From: an uncultured Gammaproteobacteria bacterium
GTDB lineage: Bacteria; Patescibacteriota; Patescibacteriia; UBA1558; UBA10009
Reading direction: 5' to 3'
Length of the DNA: 64,000 bases
Assembly: GCA_964588165.1 (NCBI GenBank)
Contig: CAZPMS010000003.1
Span: 10,031-74,030, forward strand
A program made the translations under genes and the position numbers. This document shows, in pieces, positions 9,380-16,726 of this stretch. Every line of letters begins with the position of its first letter. Position 1 is the first letter of the stretch. Under the pieces are notes generated by a model. That model saw nothing but the letters and a program-made list of their open reading frames with translations, searched no databases and was not told where the DNA came from.

Positions 9380-10429
9380 TTAGTAATCGCGAAAGTATTC
9401 AGAACTAGGCTCATCATTTACCACCGATGTAATCAGGTCGCCAAAATAACCCGAGGCGTCTACCACAATAAATTTCTCTGGACCGAAATCCAAAAACTCT
9501 TGTGGAATCGGATTGGAATTGGTAGTAACAAACGCCGTCAACCAACCCTTATTAAAAGCCTCTTTTAAATTATCATACGTCTTACCGGGGGCCGGATCAA
9601 AATGAGGCGCAAAGGCATAAATGCCTTTATTGGTCTGCTGGCGAAGGCTTTTGCAGCCGCCCTTGAGAGTGCCCAGAGTAAGCGCCATGTCATCAAATAA
9701 TCCAATATTTTGGCCTACAACTTCACCAAAAAACTGCTGCCTGGAAAGTGAATTTTCAACCCGGTGATCATGCTCTTTGGCCGCTAAAACGATCGGCGTT
9801 TTAAGGCCTAAAAGGGTGCTAACCTTAATTGCCCTCGGGCTTGAGCCCCAATCAGTTGCCGAAACTTGGTCAATACCCATTTCCTTTGCTTTTTCAATCA
9901 GCAAGCTTAGCAAGTAAAATCGTCGCCGGTAGCATGGTGAAAAAAATCCAAGATGCGATGATTGATGCAGGTCAAAACAGTAAATTGACTTTGGCCCCAA
10001 GTTTGCAATCTCCCTGGCAATACTTACAGCATTGGGATCATGGCCGTCTGAATGATCAATATCATCTTTAGTGCAAAACCAAGAAAGAATAATATAAATC
10101 TCTTCAGCATTCGCGCAAGAGCTGTATATCTGCTTCAGCTCTTCAAGCGGCGATCCAATGCCGGTATACTGCAAACTGGTAACAATAAAAACCTGTTTTC
10201 CTTTAAAAGTTACACCATCTGGTCTAACACATCTGGGATAGCCATTCCCCCAAGGCTCAGTGTCAAAAAATACCGGCTCAACACCAATGTATTCACCTAT
10301 GCCACTAACCAGGGAATGATTTGTCCTGCCTGAAACTATGGCAAAATTCTGATGATTTAGTGCTTTACCTTTACTGTTCACGAGTCCACCCTCCTTATGA
10401 CCGTTATTTTTATGTGCTTTGATATTCAT
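9380..10429 (-). CDS. prs: Ribose-phosphate pyrophosphokinase (PRPP synthetase) family protein
   Basis: N-terminal Prs domain pattern (FAIVSGRTNHSLVSGIGEYIGV...DGV...GKQVFIVTSL). A DLHQ...GFF motif. A PRPP-binding loop, LFDDMALTLGTL. Confidence 0.65.
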   Translation of the reverse strand: MNIKAHKNNGHKEGGLVNSKGKALNHQNFAIVSGRTNHSLVSGIGEYIGVEPVFFDTEPWGNGYPRCVRPDGVTFKGKQVFIVTSLQYTGIGSPLEELKQIYSSCANAEEIYIILSWFCTKDDIDHSDGHDPNAVSIAREIANLGPKSIYCFDLHQSSHLGFFSPCYRRRFYLLSLLIEKAKEMGIDQVSATDWGSSPRAIKVSTLLGLKTPIVLAAKEHDHRVENSLSRQQFFGEVVGQNIGLFDDMALTLGTLKGGCKSLRQQTNKGIYAFAPHFDPAPGKTYDNLKEAFNKGWLTAFVTTNSNPIPQEFLDFGPEKFIVVDASGYFGDLITSVVNDEPSSEYFRDY

Positions 10430-10514
10430 ATATTATAACTCTACCAGAAATTGTCAAAGTGGACAAAATCTGTTAGAATTGGCTTACTTAATTTTTTACA
10501 AAATATCTTAAAAT

Positions 10515-13280
10515 ATGGGTTTTTTAGACAAATTATTTGGAGACGGTAATGAAAAATACCTAAAAACCCTCCAACCTACAATAGATAAAATTAATTCACT
10601 CGAAAAGGATTTCGAGAGTTTTTCTAATGATGAATTAAAGTCAAAAACTAATGACTTAAAATTAATGGTTAAGGATGGGAAAAAATTAGATGATATTTTA
10701 CCGGAAGCTTTTGCTTTAACCAAAGAAGCTGCCAAGCGGACTTTAAACATGAAGCACTATGATGTCCAACTTTTAGGAGGCATTGTGTTGCACCAAGGCC
10801 AGATTGCCGAAATGAAAACCGGTGAAGGTAAAACTATAACTGCCACTCTGCCGATATTCTTAAATGCTTTAGCCGGCAAAGGCGCCCATTTAATTACGGT
10901 AAATGATTATTTAGCCAGAAGAGACTCCGTTTGGATGGGGCAAATTTATAATATGCTGGGATTAACCATAGGTTGTATCCAGCATGACAGTGCTTTTATT
11001 TATGATGTTAATTATAAAGCTACAGAAGAAGTTGAAGAAGAAAGAGATAGGGGAATAGTGGTTAATGAAAACTATTTAAGGCCGGTGAGCAGGAAAGAAG
11101 CCTACGAGGCAGATATTACTTATGGCACCAATAATGAATTTGGCTTTGATTATTTGCGCGATAATATGGTCCAATCTTTAGAACAAAAAGTCCAACGGGA
11201 TTTGAATTATTGTATTGTAGATGAAGTGGACTCAATTTTAATTGATGAAGCCAGAACTCCGCTTATTATTTCTGCTCCGGATATGGAATCAACCGATAAA
11301 TACTTCCAATTTGCCAAACTGGTAAAAACTTTAAAGGAAAATGAAGATTACAATATTGATGAGAAAATGAAAGCGGCTACATTAACTGATAAAGGTATTG
11401 AAAATATTGAAAAAGCCTTAGGCGTAGATAATATCTACCAATCCAAAGGCATTCAAACGGTTCATCATTTAGAATCAGCCCTAAGGGCCGAAACTTTATT
11501 CAAAAAAGATAAGGATTACGTGGTAAAAGAAGGTGAAGTTATTATTGTTGATGAATTTACCGGCCGCATGATGTACGGCCGAAGATATTCCGAGGGCCTC
11601 CACCAAGCAATTGAGGCCAAAGAAGGTGTTAAGGTCCAACGTGAATCCAGGACTATGGCCACTATTACTTTCCAAAATTATTTTAGGCTTTATGAAAAAT
11701 TGGCCGGCATGACAGGTACGGCCGCCACCGAATCGGAAGAATTTTCTAAAATTTATAACCTGGAAGTAACAGTAGTACCTACTAATAAGCCAAATATCAG
11801 GAAAGATTTGAATGATTTAATTTACAAAAATGAAATAGCCAAATATAAGGCTGTTATTGAAGAAATTAAAAAAAGAAAGGCAGCTGGCCAGCCGGTTTTG
11901 GTTGGTACTATTTCCATTGAAAAAAATGAACTCCTGGCACAGCTTTTAGAGCAAGGCGGTGTTGAATATAATGCTTTAAATGCAAAAAACCACGCTAAAG
12001 AAGCGGAAATTATCGCCCAGGCCGGTAAAAAAGGTTCTGTTACCCTGGCCACTAACATGGCCGGCAGGGGAGTTGATATTATATTAGGCGGCAACCCAAC
12101 TGACGATAAAGAAGCAGAAGATATTAAAGCTTTGGGCGGTTTGCACGTGATTGGTACAGAAAGGCATGAATCCAGAAGAATTGATAACCAGTTAAGAGGT
12201 AGGTCCGGCAGGCAAGGGGATCCGGGATCAACCCAGTTTTTTGTCTGCATGGATGATGATTTAATGAGAATTTTCGGTTCCGATAGGATGAAAAACATTA
12301 TGACCACTCTAAAAGTTCCGGAAGATATGCCCATTGAAAATAAATTAATTACTAAATCTTTAGAATCAGCCCAAAAAAAAGTGGAAGGCAATAATTTTGA
12401 TATTAGGAAACATCTGGTTGAATATGATGATGTTATCAGCAAGCAACGGGAGGTAATTTATAAAAAAAGAAATCAAGTCTTAAAGCTTTCAGCCGGAGAA
12501 CAAACTGATGAATATAAATCTACCAAGGAAATGGTTTTGGAAATGCTAGCCGAAGAAATTACAAATCTGGTAAATTTCCATGCTGTTTCTGAAAATAATT
12601 CCGGCATTAACTATAAAGAGATTACAGAAACTATTGGCGCTATGTTCCCGCTGGATGATGAGATAAAAGAAAAAATTAACCAAGAAAAAACTCAGGAAAG
12701 TTTAACTGACTATTTAGTTAACTTAACTAAAGATAAATACCAACAGGTAGAAACAGATGTGGCTGGCATGCAGGAACTCCAAGGTGAAGCTGATCCTTTA
12801 AGAAACGTGGAAAAATCTTTAATCCTAAATACCATTGATACTTTTTGGGTGGAACATTTAGAAAATATTGACCATTTAAGAACCGGTATTGGCTTAAGAG
12901 GTTATGGCCAGCGTGATCCTTTAATTGAATTTAAAAAAGAATCATACCAACTGTTCCAATCATTGCTTTCGGCCGTCCAAAACCAGGTTATTTCTACTAT
13001 TTTTAAAATTGGCAAAGCAGCCCAAGTTACTCTTTCACCAATTGCTACTGCCAATATGAAATTCAGCGGTGCCGCTAAAACTGCTATTGATAATAGAAGC
13101 AGCATCCAGAGAATGGCCCAAAATACCAACCAGCCTCAAAAACCAGCTCCTGCTAAAAAACTTGAATCAAAACCTAAAGATGAATCTGGCAAAAAAGTTG
13201 GCCGGAATGATCCATGCCCCTGTGGAGCGGTTAAATCGAACGGCACTCCAAAAAAGTATAAGCATTGCCATGGAAAGTAG
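10515..13280 (+). CDS. secA: Preprotein translocase ATPase SecA
   Basis: 921 aa with DEAD-like motor motifs (MKTGEGKT, DEVDSILIDEARTPLIIS) and a C-terminal zinc finger CPCG...KYKHCHGK. The last 18 codons appear to be element-derived (see findings). Confidence 0.95.
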   Translation: MGFLDKLFGDGNEKYLKTLQPTIDKINSLEKDFESFSNDELKSKTNDLKLMVKDGKKLDDILPEAFALTKEAAKRTLNMKHYDVQLLGGIVLHQGQIAEMKTGEGKTITATLPIFLNALAGKGAHLITVNDYLARRDSVWMGQIYNMLGLTIGCIQHDSAFIYDVNYKATEEVEEERDRGIVVNENYLRPVSRKEAYEADITYGTNNEFGFDYLRDNMVQSLEQKVQRDLNYCIVDEVDSILIDEARTPLIISAPDMESTDKYFQFAKLVKTLKENEDYNIDEKMKAATLTDKGIENIEKALGVDNIYQSKGIQTVHHLESALRAETLFKKDKDYVVKEGEVIIVDEFTGRMMYGRRYSEGLHQAIEAKEGVKVQRESRTMATITFQNYFRLYEKLAGMTGTAATESEEFSKIYNLEVTVVPTNKPNIRKDLNDLIYKNEIAKYKAVIEEIKKRKAAGQPVLVGTISIEKNELLAQLLEQGGVEYNALNAKNHAKEAEIIAQAGKKGSVTLATNMAGRGVDIILGGNPTDDKEAEDIKALGGLHVIGTERHESRRIDNQLRGRSGRQGDPGSTQFFVCMDDDLMRIFGSDRMKNIMTTLKVPEDMPIENKLITKSLESAQKKVEGNNFDIRKHLVEYDDVISKQREVIYKKRNQVLKLSAGEQTDEYKSTKEMVLEMLAEEITNLVNFHAVSENNSGINYKEITETIGAMFPLDDEIKEKINQEKTQESLTDYLVNLTKDKYQQVETDVAGMQELQGEADPLRNVEKSLILNTIDTFWVEHLENIDHLRTGIGLRGYGQRDPLIEFKKESYQLFQSLLSAVQNQVISTIFKIGKAAQVTLSPIATANMKFSGAAKTAIDNRSSIQRMAQNTNQPQKPAPAKKLESKPKDESGKKVGRNDPCPCGAVKSNGTPKKYKHCHGK

Positions 13281-13442
13281 TCTCTACATTATAATTACTT
13301 AGTATTAGCTAAGTTTAAATTAAGTTCATATATAACACGGTGTATACGAAAAAACAGCTCACTTCTTGAGCTATTTTCTGCAAATTTGACTTATTTTTCT
13401 ATTATCAGTATTATATAAATATACTAATATATTTATATTACT

Positions 13443-13661
13443 ATGCGTAAAATAGATTTAAAAAATGTAATCTGGAAAGAAGGCAAATATTACGTGGCAC
13501 AATGTCTTAATGTTGATGTGTCTAGTTTTGGTAAAACAAAAAAAGAAGCTCTAGCTAATTTAGATGAGGCATTAGAGTTATATTTTGAAGATGTACAAAT
13601 ATCCAAGGTTACCAAAGTAGAAAGACCAGAGGTGGTAAGGCTATCCCTACGCTATGCCTAA
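13443..13661 (+). CDS. hicB: HicB-family antitoxin (UPF0150-like)
   Basis: 72 aa with the pattern KEGKYYVAQC...GKTKKEALANLDEALELYFE, typical of HicB N-domains. Overlaps the downstream hicA by 8 nt. Confidence 0.7.
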   Translation: MRKIDLKNVIWKEGKYYVAQCLNVDVSSFGKTKKEALANLDEALELYFEDVQISKVTKVERPEVVRLSLRYA

Positions 13662-13872
13662 ACTTTATTCATCTAGTAAAATTATCAAAGTCCTATTATC
13701 TAAGGGCTTTATTTTTATATCCCAAAAAGGCTCTCATGCCAAATATCGCAAATTCAATAGACTAGTTTTAACGGTTATTGTGCCTATTGGTAAAAAAGAA
13801 ATTCCAATAGGAACTTTTAAATCTATTTTACGCCAAGCAAATTTAATAGAAGAAGATTTCAAGAAAAAATAA
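13654..13872 (+). CDS. hicA: HicA-family mRNA interferase toxin
   Basis: 72 aa with KIIKVLLSKGF...QKGSHAKY...IPIGTFKSILRQANL, the HicA/YcfA consensus. Confidence 0.75.
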   Translation: MPKLYSSSKIIKVLLSKGFIFISQKGSHAKYRKFNRLVLTVIVPIGKKEIPIGTFKSILRQANLIEEDFKKK

Positions 13873-13926
13873 GTCAAAATTCGCATCCGCACACAAGTTA
13901 TATGAAATAATTAAATTTTTAGAACA

Positions 13927-14190
13927 AAAAAACACCTAGGCCAATAATGACAGCCTAGGTGCTACGAATAAGCTTACCTTGCAGCTCTGAGCTGGGTGCG
14001 ATACAGTCTCCAGCTAGTATTGTTACTTCTCCCAGTTGGCCTGCTTCTTCTAAAGAAAAAAGGAAGAAAGCTTAAGGTAGTTATTTGATACCAGCCTGGG
14101 CACATCATGTTCGCGTAAGACAGCAGAGGTCAGAAGGTGCTAGCTAGCATTTTGCTTATCCGGTTTTGATCCCTTTGTATAAAAAAACTT
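13927..14190 (-). ncRNA. Putative sRNA of about 264 nt, GC-rich relative to the host, convergent with hicBA
   Basis: On the - strand, TTGACA (complement of 14222-14227), a 17-bp spacer, then TATATT (complement of 14199-14204). It ends at an intrinsic terminator: hairpin cacctaggc/gcctaggtg at 13934-13962 followed by a U-run (plus-strand A-run 13927-13933). There is no convincing ORF (best is 47 aa without an RBS). Confidence 0.4.
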
Positions 14191-14374
14191 AAATACTAAT
14201 ATATAATATATTTAATATTTTGTCAATAGTAAGTAATAGCTCAATCAAAACAAAATTAAAAAAATTAAATAAGAAAAACCGCCGAGTTGTGTAACTAGGC
14301 GGTTTTGTGATACCTCAACACTCATCATTTTTTTCTTCTTAGAGAATCTATTCTAACTGCACTACCGAATCTCT

Positions 14375-14452
14375 CGGAATGATCCATGCCCATGCGGAGC
14401 GATTAAAGATGATGGAACTCCAAAAAAATACAAACATTGTCACGGAAAATAA
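14375..14452 (+). pseudogene. Displaced 3'-terminal fragment of secA (zinc-finger tail [25 protein letters not shown]), an attR-like remnant
   Basis: 17 nt identical to secA 13203-13219 (cggaatgatccatgccc), then synonymous-diverged codons for the same C-terminal peptide, ending in TAA. There is an in-frame stop immediately upstream, so it is not a complete gene. Confidence 0.65.
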
Positions 14453-14631
14453 TTCTTTTTTAAAAAAATCCTGTATCCACCATAATAAAGTGATGAAAAC
14501 AGGATTTAATGATTGTAATTATAGCCAAGTGCCTGAAGGACTAACTGGTCCTTAGGTTGGCTTGTAGCCAGCGATCCAAAAGCCGGAATCCCAATAGTAA
14601 CCGAAGATAATTCTCGCTCTGGGCTTACCGC

Positions 14632-15003
14632 TTAAATTATCGAATCGCGCGTTACACCAGTACCCATCTCTATTCTTCCAGTGGGTCCCGTTGGGGAATT
14701 CCTCGGCGAAAATCGGTTTTGTTCATTAAGCGTAGCTAGTGTAAAAGGATCAACAACACGCAGGCCACGTTCTTCACAATAAATGTCAACTTCTTCGTCA
14801 GTGGTCATACCAGATTTTAGTTCGAACAAGAAAACATCGATTTCCCCGCCACTACCCCTCGGCATTTGTTCAATCAACCTATGGCCAATAATCTCTCGGC
14901 CAGTACCCTCTAGCACATTCAATGAAGTACGGCTACAATCCACACTGACACGACAGACTATCATGTCGCCATGGTCGCTCTGGATAAATTTAAAAGACAT
15001 GGT
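14632..15003 (-). CDS. Hypothetical protein (island cassette gene 1); probable start MSFKF at 15003
   Basis: RBS agaaaggataatacc before the ATG at 15003. The first 17 residues of the tracked ORF are read-through of the shared repeat. GC-rich. A terminator hairpin and U-run lie downstream at 14465-14510, so the gene may be frameshifted or longer. Confidence 0.45.
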   Translation of the reverse strand, partial: TMSFKFIQSDHGDMIVCRVSVDCSRTSLNVLEGTGREIIGHRLIEQMPRGSGGEIDVFLFELKSGMTTDEEVDIYCEERGLRVVDPFTLATLNEQNRFSPRNSPTGPTGRIEMGTGVTRDSII

Positions 15004-15021
15004 ATTATCCTTTCTTGTTGT

Positions 15022-15140
15022 TGAATGAATTGTACGAATAATAAAGCACTGCATCAGATTCCAGCTATATTGTCAATAATCTATATAAAATAAAAAACCA
15101 CCTTAAGCTATGTCGAAAGGCGGTTTTGTAATAACCAAAA
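15022..15140. repeat. Direct repeat copy 1: promoter, 5' UTR and terminator module of the island cassettes
   Basis: About 119 bp, near-identical to 16161-16280. Contains an upstream terminator (aaaaaaccacc...ggcggtttt) and a leftward TTGACA promoter. Confidence 0.8.
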
Positions 15141-15148
15141 TTAGCTAT

Positions 15149-15400
15149 TTAAGTAAACAATAAGATGCCGGCGATTAGTATGCCAATGATTGGGATGCCA
15201 AATAGAATTATGCGTGTACGAAGTTTTTGCCTGGCTATCAATACGCTTCTACCTGCCTTACCTTGCCTCTGGCACTTATAGCATACACCGTCTTTATGAT
15301 GGATTGTATACCATCTTTCGCCACAATGGATGCAATCTTCCATCTCATCCCTTGATCCTTCAGCCAGTTCGGCCATTAAGTCACCTGTATGGTCGCCCAT
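15149..15400 (-). CDS. Small zinc-ribbon protein with a C-terminal TM helix (island cassette gene)
   Basis: CIHCG...CYKCQ double CxxC plus a hydrophobic tail. - strand promoter TTGACA-17-TATTAT (complement of about 15445-15473). Confidence 0.5.
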   Translation of the reverse strand: MGDHTGDLMAELAEGSRDEMEDCIHCGERWYTIHHKDGVCYKCQRQGKAGRSVLIARQKLRTRIILFGIPIIGILIAGILLFT

Positions 15401-15622
15401 AATCTACCTATGTTTGTTGGATTTAAAAAAACGTTAACATCGAATAATAACATAAACAAATAAACTTGTCAATAATCTATTTAAAATTAATTCATTGGAA
15501 AGCTTAAATAATTACGATAACGATTTAAGAATATATAAAATCCCTTAAAAAATTTATCATAAATAAAAGCGTAAATCATGTAGACTTACGCTTGTAATTC
15601 AGAAACTTTCTAAATTTTCTAC

Positions 15623-16126
15623 TCATTGATCCTGATAAAAGCCGATCCAAAATACACCGCCTAGTACAAAAAATAATACGTACAAAACTAGGAAAAGCCA
15701 TTGGTACGGAAAAATAACAATTTTGGTTGGCTTAATAACATGAGAGCTTTCATCAACTAAGACTTCTCGAATCTTCATTAAAGCAATGCCTTGTTCTGAT
15801 TGCGTTACAGTTAATGAATCAATTTTAAAACGTCTTATGATTGTTGATGTGGTTTGTTTGGCTCCCTGAATTTGTGAATACCAAATAGCAACATCATTAC
15901 TAGGTCGAAAGAAGGCAAAAGCAGAGTGACCACTAGTCAAGCCTCTCTCTTCGATTTTCAGAAGAGCATTGTTAAGAAACTCATCAGCGCGCTCTATGCT
16001 CGGAGCCTCAGCTGCTAACTTAAGCCAATCGCCGATATCACGATCAAAGGTGTAGTCAAGAATGCAGTGGTAAACACTAAGGCCCAGAAAGAAAAGAGTA
16101 AAAGCTATGGCAATAAACTGTTTCAT
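15623..16126 (-). CDS. Hypothetical membrane protein (island cassette gene 2); start MKQF at 16126
   Basis: N-terminal and C-terminal TM segments. The upstream residues of the tracked ORF are encoded by the repeat (GTG start). Uses the shared promoter/UTR module. Confidence 0.5.
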   Translation of the reverse strand: MKQFIAIAFTLFFLGLSVYHCILDYTFDRDIGDWLKLAAEAPSIERADEFLNNALLKIEERGLTSGHSAFAFFRPSNDVAIWYSQIQGAKQTTSTIIRRFKIDSLTVTQSEQGIALMKIREVLVDESSHVIKPTKIVIFPYQWLFLVLYVLFFVLGGVFWIGFYQDQ

Positions 16127-16160
16127 CTCTAAATCCTTTCGCCCTATTAAGAGCTTTTCT

Positions 16161-16280
16161 TTGAATGAATTGTACGAATAATAAAGCACTGTATCAGATT
16201 CCAGCTATATTGTCAATAATCTATATAAAATAAAAAACCACCTTAAGCTATGTCGAAAGGCGGTTTTGTAATACCTCAAT
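16161..16280. repeat. Direct repeat copy 2 of the promoter/UTR/terminator module
   Basis: Near-identical to 15022-15140 (1-2 mismatches). A third, partial and diverged copy lies at 16583-16650. Confidence 0.8.
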
Positions 16281-16304
16281 TCATTGCTTTCTCTTATTGG
16301 TGAT

Positions 16305-16577
16305 TTAATTAGAATCTATTCTAACTGCAACACCGAATTTCTCGGAGTGATGCATAATTAGATCACCAACTGCTTTATATGGAACCTTGCCAGCTGCCCA
16401 AATTCCAGGCTTTCCCTCAATGCATGCATGATAGTCAGCTGTTCTTTTTGTGACAACGATAACTATGGTCTTTTCTTTGGGCCGCCCGCTAAGGTATATG
16501 AAGAAAAAAAGTACCCAAGCCAACAAAGCGCCAACCCCGCCAACAATAATGTAGGTTACCAGGTCTTCCATGACCAT
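16305..16577 (-). CDS. Small membrane protein (island cassette gene 3); start MVMEDL at 16577 with a ggag RBS
   Basis: One TM helix. The C-terminal codons are supplied by the element-end/att-like repeat (16311-16355). Confidence 0.4.
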   Translation of the reverse strand: MVMEDLVTYIIVGGVGALLAWVLFFFIYLSGRPKEKTIVIVVTKRTADYHACIEGKPGIWAAGKVPYKAVGDLIMHHSEKFGVAVRIDSN

Positions 16578-16726
16578 CTCCGAAGTTGAATGAATTGTGC
16601 GAATAATAAAGCACAATATCATATTCTAGTCATATTGTCAATAGTAGTACAAAAAAACATTAAACAAAACACCCATACAAAAGCTTGCATTTTTTTAGTA
16701 ATTACTCTAAAATAGTACGCAAGATT

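Larger units (their letters stand above)
13220..16360. mobile_element. Mosaic integrated island at the secA 3' end (probably two tandem, integrase-less elements) between secA and secD
   Basis: Duplicated attachment-core/secA-tail sequences at 14375-14391 and, degenerate, at 16341-16355. Each is preceded by the same roughly 34-nt element end (agaatctattctaactgca..accgaat.tctcgg). The content is GC-richer and includes hicBA, an sRNA and cassette genes with duplicated promoter modules. Confidence 0.45.

Noticed and set aside
13927-14190. Assignment of the island sRNA to SRP RNA, RNase P RNA, tmRNA or 6S RNA
   Set aside because: It lacks the conserved motifs: no GGUCCGGAAGGAAGCAGC-type SRP helix 8, no AGGAAAGUCCGGGCUCC / ACAGAAACCCGGCUUA, no tRNA-like 3' end or tag reading frame. 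It is left unassigned.
15004-15054. N-terminal extensions M.CFIIRTIHST... on the 14632..15054 and 16305..16622 ORF calls, and MLYYSYNSFKE... on 15623..16189
   Set aside because: These residues are encoded by the duplicated promoter/UTR repeat. The real starts are the internal Met codons with RBSs at 15003, 16126 and 16577.
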